A stretch of 63,189 bases of DNA, the filler included, from an uncultured archaeon (GTDB taxonomy: Archaea > Nanobdellota > Nanobdellia > Woesearchaeales > CAIVOO01), in NCBI GenBank assembly GCA_903842985.1. It is 5 parts of 5 records of this genome, joined end to end, with 100 filler letters (N's around TTAATTAATTAA, not from the genome) between each part and the next. Parts side by side here need not be neighbours in the genome. Positions count along the whole stretch, not along the records: positions 60,035 to 63,189 come from CAIMOB010000042.1; 4 more parts are not named here. One strand, written 5' to 3'. Positions within the stretch are counted from its first letter, which is position 1, and every line of letters starts with the position of its first letter. This document shows, piece by piece, positions 60,186 to 63,189 of this stretch. Under the pieces are notes generated by a model. It worked only from the letters and a program-made list of their open reading frames with translations. It searched no databases and was not told the DNA's origin. The translations under genes were made by a program, and so were the position numbers.

Positions 60186-61019
60186 ATGGCAAAAAGCAAA
60201 AAATCACCAAATTCTAAAAAGCCAAATCCAAAGGATTTTCCGTCATTGAACATTGTCTCTGATTCTGAAATAGCCATGGATTTTGCAAAACGAGTCTATC
60301 AGAGGTTTGACAAGCTCATCAAAGCAGTTGTCCTTTTCGGCTCAGCAACGAAAAAAACAACAACCAGCGGCTCAGACTTAGATATCATAGTCATTGTTGA
60401 TGATGCTTCAGTGAAATTCGACCAGGAACTGACTGCCTGGTACAGGGAAGAGCTTGGGAAAGTCCTATCTGCAAACCCCTACAAGCGCGAATTGCACATA
60501 AACACAGTCAAGCTTACTACCTGGTGGAGCGATTTGATGCGCGGAGACCCTGTTGTTATCAATGTGCTTCGCTATGGCGAAGAAATTCTTGATGTCGGAG
60601 GATTTTTCAGGCCGCTTAAGATTCTTTTGCAGGAAGGCAGGATTAAAGCGACTCCAGAAGCCATCTATACTTCATTGCAAAGAGCTCCGATTCACCTGGC
60701 AAATAGCAAGAGGGCAGAGATGAGCGCTGTTGAAGGCCTCTATTGGGCTATGGTTGATGCATCGCATGCACTGTTAATCTCAGCTAAAGTAAGCCCGCCA
60801 AGTCCAGAGCATATTCCAGCATTGCTGAATGAAAATTTCGTGAGCAAAAAACTGCTTGATTCAAAATATGTCTCATGGTATGAAGAAGTTTACAATCTTT
60901 ACAAGGGGATAATGCATGGCTCTGTCACAGGTGTAAAAGGCCAGGTTCTCGATGACTTGCAGCAGAAAACTGAAAAATTCATCGGAGAAGTCGCTGGATT
61001 AATAAAAGATATAGTTTAG
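60186..61019 (+). CDS. Nucleotidyltransferase (Pol-beta/MNT) fused to a HEPN-like domain
   Basis: VVLFGS...SDLDIIVIVDD; C-terminal LYWAMVDASHALL...PPSPEHI. Confidence 0.8.
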   Translation: MAKSKKSPNSKKPNPKDFPSLNIVSDSEIAMDFAKRVYQRFDKLIKAVVLFGSATKKTTTSGSDLDIIVIVDDASVKFDQELTAWYREELGKVLSANPYKRELHINTVKLTTWWSDLMRGDPVVINVLRYGEEILDVGGFFRPLKILLQEGRIKATPEAIYTSLQRAPIHLANSKRAEMSAVEGLYWAMVDASHALLISAKVSPPSPEHIPALLNENFVSKKLLDSKYVSWYEEVYNLYKGIMHGSVTGVKGQVLDDLQQKTEKFIGEVAGLIKDIV

Positions 61020-61030
61020 CAAAGCAATTT

Positions 61031-61834
61031 TTAAGCAGCCATCGGTAATTCTTCTGGAGACTCTTCCTTTTCTTGGATGCCTTTCTTTGAATTGTACAAG
61101 GCTGTTGCAATGTCATTATAGACTGCTGATTTGTCTTTATCTTCACATTTGGCTATTGCGCTTGTTATGTATTTTTTTACCCTGCCAATATCGGGCCTGT
61201 ATACGGTCTCCTTGCCATCTTGAACCTGTATGCTCAGATTTTGGTTCATGAAATATTTTTTCCCGTTATCAACATAGTCTTCCATATAATGCTTAATGAG
61301 TTCTGCATTGCGAGGTTCTAATATATCCTTCTTCGCTTTTTCATCTTCGAATATTTCCGCATAAATCTTTCTTGCTGCTTTCATGTCACCTCTTCGCATG
61401 TACTTGTTGATTTGGACATATTCTTTGCCTTTACCTGGCAGCATAGCCGCTATTTCTACCAAGGTTTTTTCATCCATCGCTGTTAAAAGCCTATCAAGAT
61501 TTCTTGCAGCATAGCCAGCCATGTTTTTGTATCCGCGTTCTAGTAACACCTCTGCCTGTTTTAAGGCAGCAAAGGGGTTTTGCAATATCTCCATATTCTT
61601 GGCTTTGTATCCGGGCATATATTTGAGGGCGATTTCTGCAAGTCCCCTGAGGGCGCCTATATCTCCGCCATTTTTGCTATCGATTATTTTGCTGTGACAA
61701 GCATTAAGACTGAACAAGTCTTCTGCTCTCTCTAAAAATTCTTTTTCAGAATATCTTGAATCTGGGTCTATTCCGAAGCTTCTTCCCCTGATTTCATCGA
61801 ATGCTTCACTTCCCACTAATTGTTCAAGTTCCAT
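61031..61834 (-). CDS. Hypothetical helical protein (probable paralog of 61836-62909)
   Basis: 267-aa ORF; GYKNMAGYAARNLDRLL segment. Confidence 0.65.
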   Translation of the reverse strand: MELEQLVGSEAFDEIRGRSFGIDPDSRYSEKEFLERAEDLFSLNACHSKIIDSKNGGDIGALRGLAEIALKYMPGYKAKNMEILQNPFAALKQAEVLLERGYKNMAGYAARNLDRLLTAMDEKTLVEIAAMLPGKGKEYVQINKYMRRGDMKAARKIYAEIFEDEKAKKDILEPRNAELIKHYMEDYVDNGKKYFMNQNLSIQVQDGKETVYRPDIGRVKKYITSAIAKCEDKDKSAVYNDIATALYNSKKGIQEKEESPEELPMAA

Positions 61835-61835
61835 T

Positions 61836-62909
61836 TTAAGTTTTTAATCCCCGCATTTTATCTTCAGCTTTTCTTTCTTCTTTGTCTTCATCTTTGTCTA
61901 ATTTATAGTGTTTCTTTTCAGGGCCAAGCAGCGCTCTTGCAAGTTCGACATAATGCGGCTTGAGATTATCATTCCATCTGTCAGATTTCTCTTTATCATA
62001 CCTGTCATCATCGTCTATAATCTCCTCTATGACTCTATAAGTGTCTTCAAGGAATTCTACCATTGCTGCTTTGTTAAAACTCTTGCCATCTTTGAACAGG
62101 CCATCACGAGCGTTTGTTATTACGTATGTTACACTAGTTGCTAAAGAGGTATTCATTTCAGGGCAGATCTGCCTGAATGCGTTTTGCTCTTCGGGTATAT
62201 ATTTGATTAGGTATGCTACATCATTTTGTATAACTGCTGCCATGCCCCTCTCTCCCTGTTCAGATGTAGCTTGTCTTATCTGGTTTGATTTGTTTACCAG
62301 ATTTGCTGCCCTGTCATGCTCGTCATCTCCGCTCATGTAAAAAGTAAGGCCGGGATTATTAAGCACAGAATCCAGTTGTTCTGCAGATAATTTCTTGAGA
62401 ATCCTGTCCCTGTTGTTCTTGTGCCAGTTCAAGGACCAGTATTTGGTGTCGTGGGGGTCCTTTCCGACAAATTGTGCTAGATTGAGGTATCCAGAATCAG
62501 TATATGCCTTCGCTAAATTCAGCGATCTACAAGGCTCTTGTAACCTTTCGGCTATCCTTCTAGCTACCCTTTCCTTTACCATCGGGTCATCAAACCCAGG
62601 CAGATCAAGATTATACAGACCATCTACTATTTTGCCTGTGAAATCACTAATGGCGTCTACATCACTGCTGTTCTGTCTTAATTTCCCGAGATATTGTTCT
62701 AAATCGAATAACCTATCGGCTTTGTTTACAAAATTGTCCCTTACTTTATCCGAGGTAGATTCTGAAACACAATCCATGTCTGAATAATACTGCATATTGG
62801 GATCTAGAAGGAATTGTTCCGTAGCAGAGGCATCAATAATTGCGTCAATCATCTCTCCAGTTATTTTTTGAGCCGGTTTTTCAGCTGGTCGTTTAGGTCC
62901 TGCTTGCAC
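61836..62909 (-). CDS. Hypothetical helical protein with Q/P-rich N-terminus; start uncertain
   Basis: 357-aa ORF; GYLNLAQFVG...NRDRIL segment. Confidence 0.65.
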   Translation of the reverse strand: MQAGPKRPAEKPAQKITGEMIDAIIDASATEQFLLDPNMQYYSDMDCVSESTSDKVRDNFVNKADRLFDLEQYLGKLRQNSSDVDAISDFTGKIVDGLYNLDLPGFDDPMVKERVARRIAERLQEPCRSLNLAKAYTDSGYLNLAQFVGKDPHDTKYWSLNWHKNNRDRILKKLSAEQLDSVLNNPGLTFYMSGDDEHDRAANLVNKSNQIRQATSEQGERGMAAVIQNDVAYLIKYIPEEQNAFRQICPEMNTSLATSVTYVITNARDGLFKDGKSFNKAAMVEFLEDTYRVIEEIIDDDDRYDKEKSDRWNDNLKPHYVELARALLGPEKKHYKLDKDEDKEERKAEDKMRGLKT

Positions 62910-63043
62910 AGATGCTGGTTGCTGAGTAGGCTGTTGGGGAAGTTGCTGACTAACTTGTTCATATCCTCTTTCATCTGGTTGTTCGGGTGCTACTTGTCCT
63001 GGCTGTTCCTTTCGCTATAGGTCTTTCGGTTTATATTTTTCTG

Positions 63044-63187
63044 TTAATCAGGGCTGAAGTTGCAGTCGTGAGCTGGGGGTATCCGCATAACCTCCAAAAC
63101 CTGATAAGGCATTTCACTGCAAAACAATTTAATGTATGGATGTTTTCCTCCTGGCAAAATGCCGAAAAGCAATTTAATTATTTTGTT
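63044..63187 (-). CDS. Possible 3' end of a gene cut by the window edge
   Basis: Frame open from the window end: NKIIKLLFGILPGG...HDCNFSPD*. Confidence 0.35.
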   Translation of the reverse strand, partial: NKIIKLLFGILPGGKHPYIKLFCSEMPYQVLEVMRIPPAHDCNFSPD

Positions 63188-63189
63188 TC

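Noticed and set aside
63044..63096. GGAGG + ATG 14-codon mini-ORF as a leader peptide
   Set aside because: It is in frame with a longer reading frame entering from the window edge, so it is more simply a gene 3' end

Overview
Archaeal chromosomal sequence, most likely Woesearchaeota/Nanobdellota (DPANN), judged from the divergent archaeal 16S rRNA, archaeal PolB/RFC/TyrS/Pelota/TrmB and the fermentative gene set. The window is five contig pieces joined by artificial 100-bp N linkers (18248-18347, 21889-21988, 44087-44186, 59935-60034), so adjacency across linkers is not established. Piece 1 holds glucokinase, a VapBC-like pair, an AT-rich HD gene, malic enzyme, TrxB, PolB, a linked 16S-tRNA-Ala(with intron)-23S operon, a NUDIX hydrolase and a DEAD-box helicase. 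Piece 2 is a glycogen-type cluster (wHTH, GT4, GH57). Piece 3 (22 kb, all minus strand) is the most striking: three large Cys-rich surface proteins, then 19 consecutive genes with type IV prepilin-like (class III) N-termini. These include five tandem small pilins with six-Cys, beta-defensin-like tips, and the last gene is a pilin-like protein fused to a lytic transglycosylase (SLT/GH23) domain. Piece 4 holds housekeeping genes plus a second surface locus: a pilin-like protein, a membrane protein with a paralogous SLT domain, and three paralogous lipoproteins. Piece 5 has an MNT-HEPN fusion and two paralogous hypotheticals. Several well-supported microproteins missing from the ORF track were found by hand. 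Main hypothesis (inference): a pilus-displayed peptidoglycan-lytic contact apparatus in an archaeon that has no peptidoglycan of its own.
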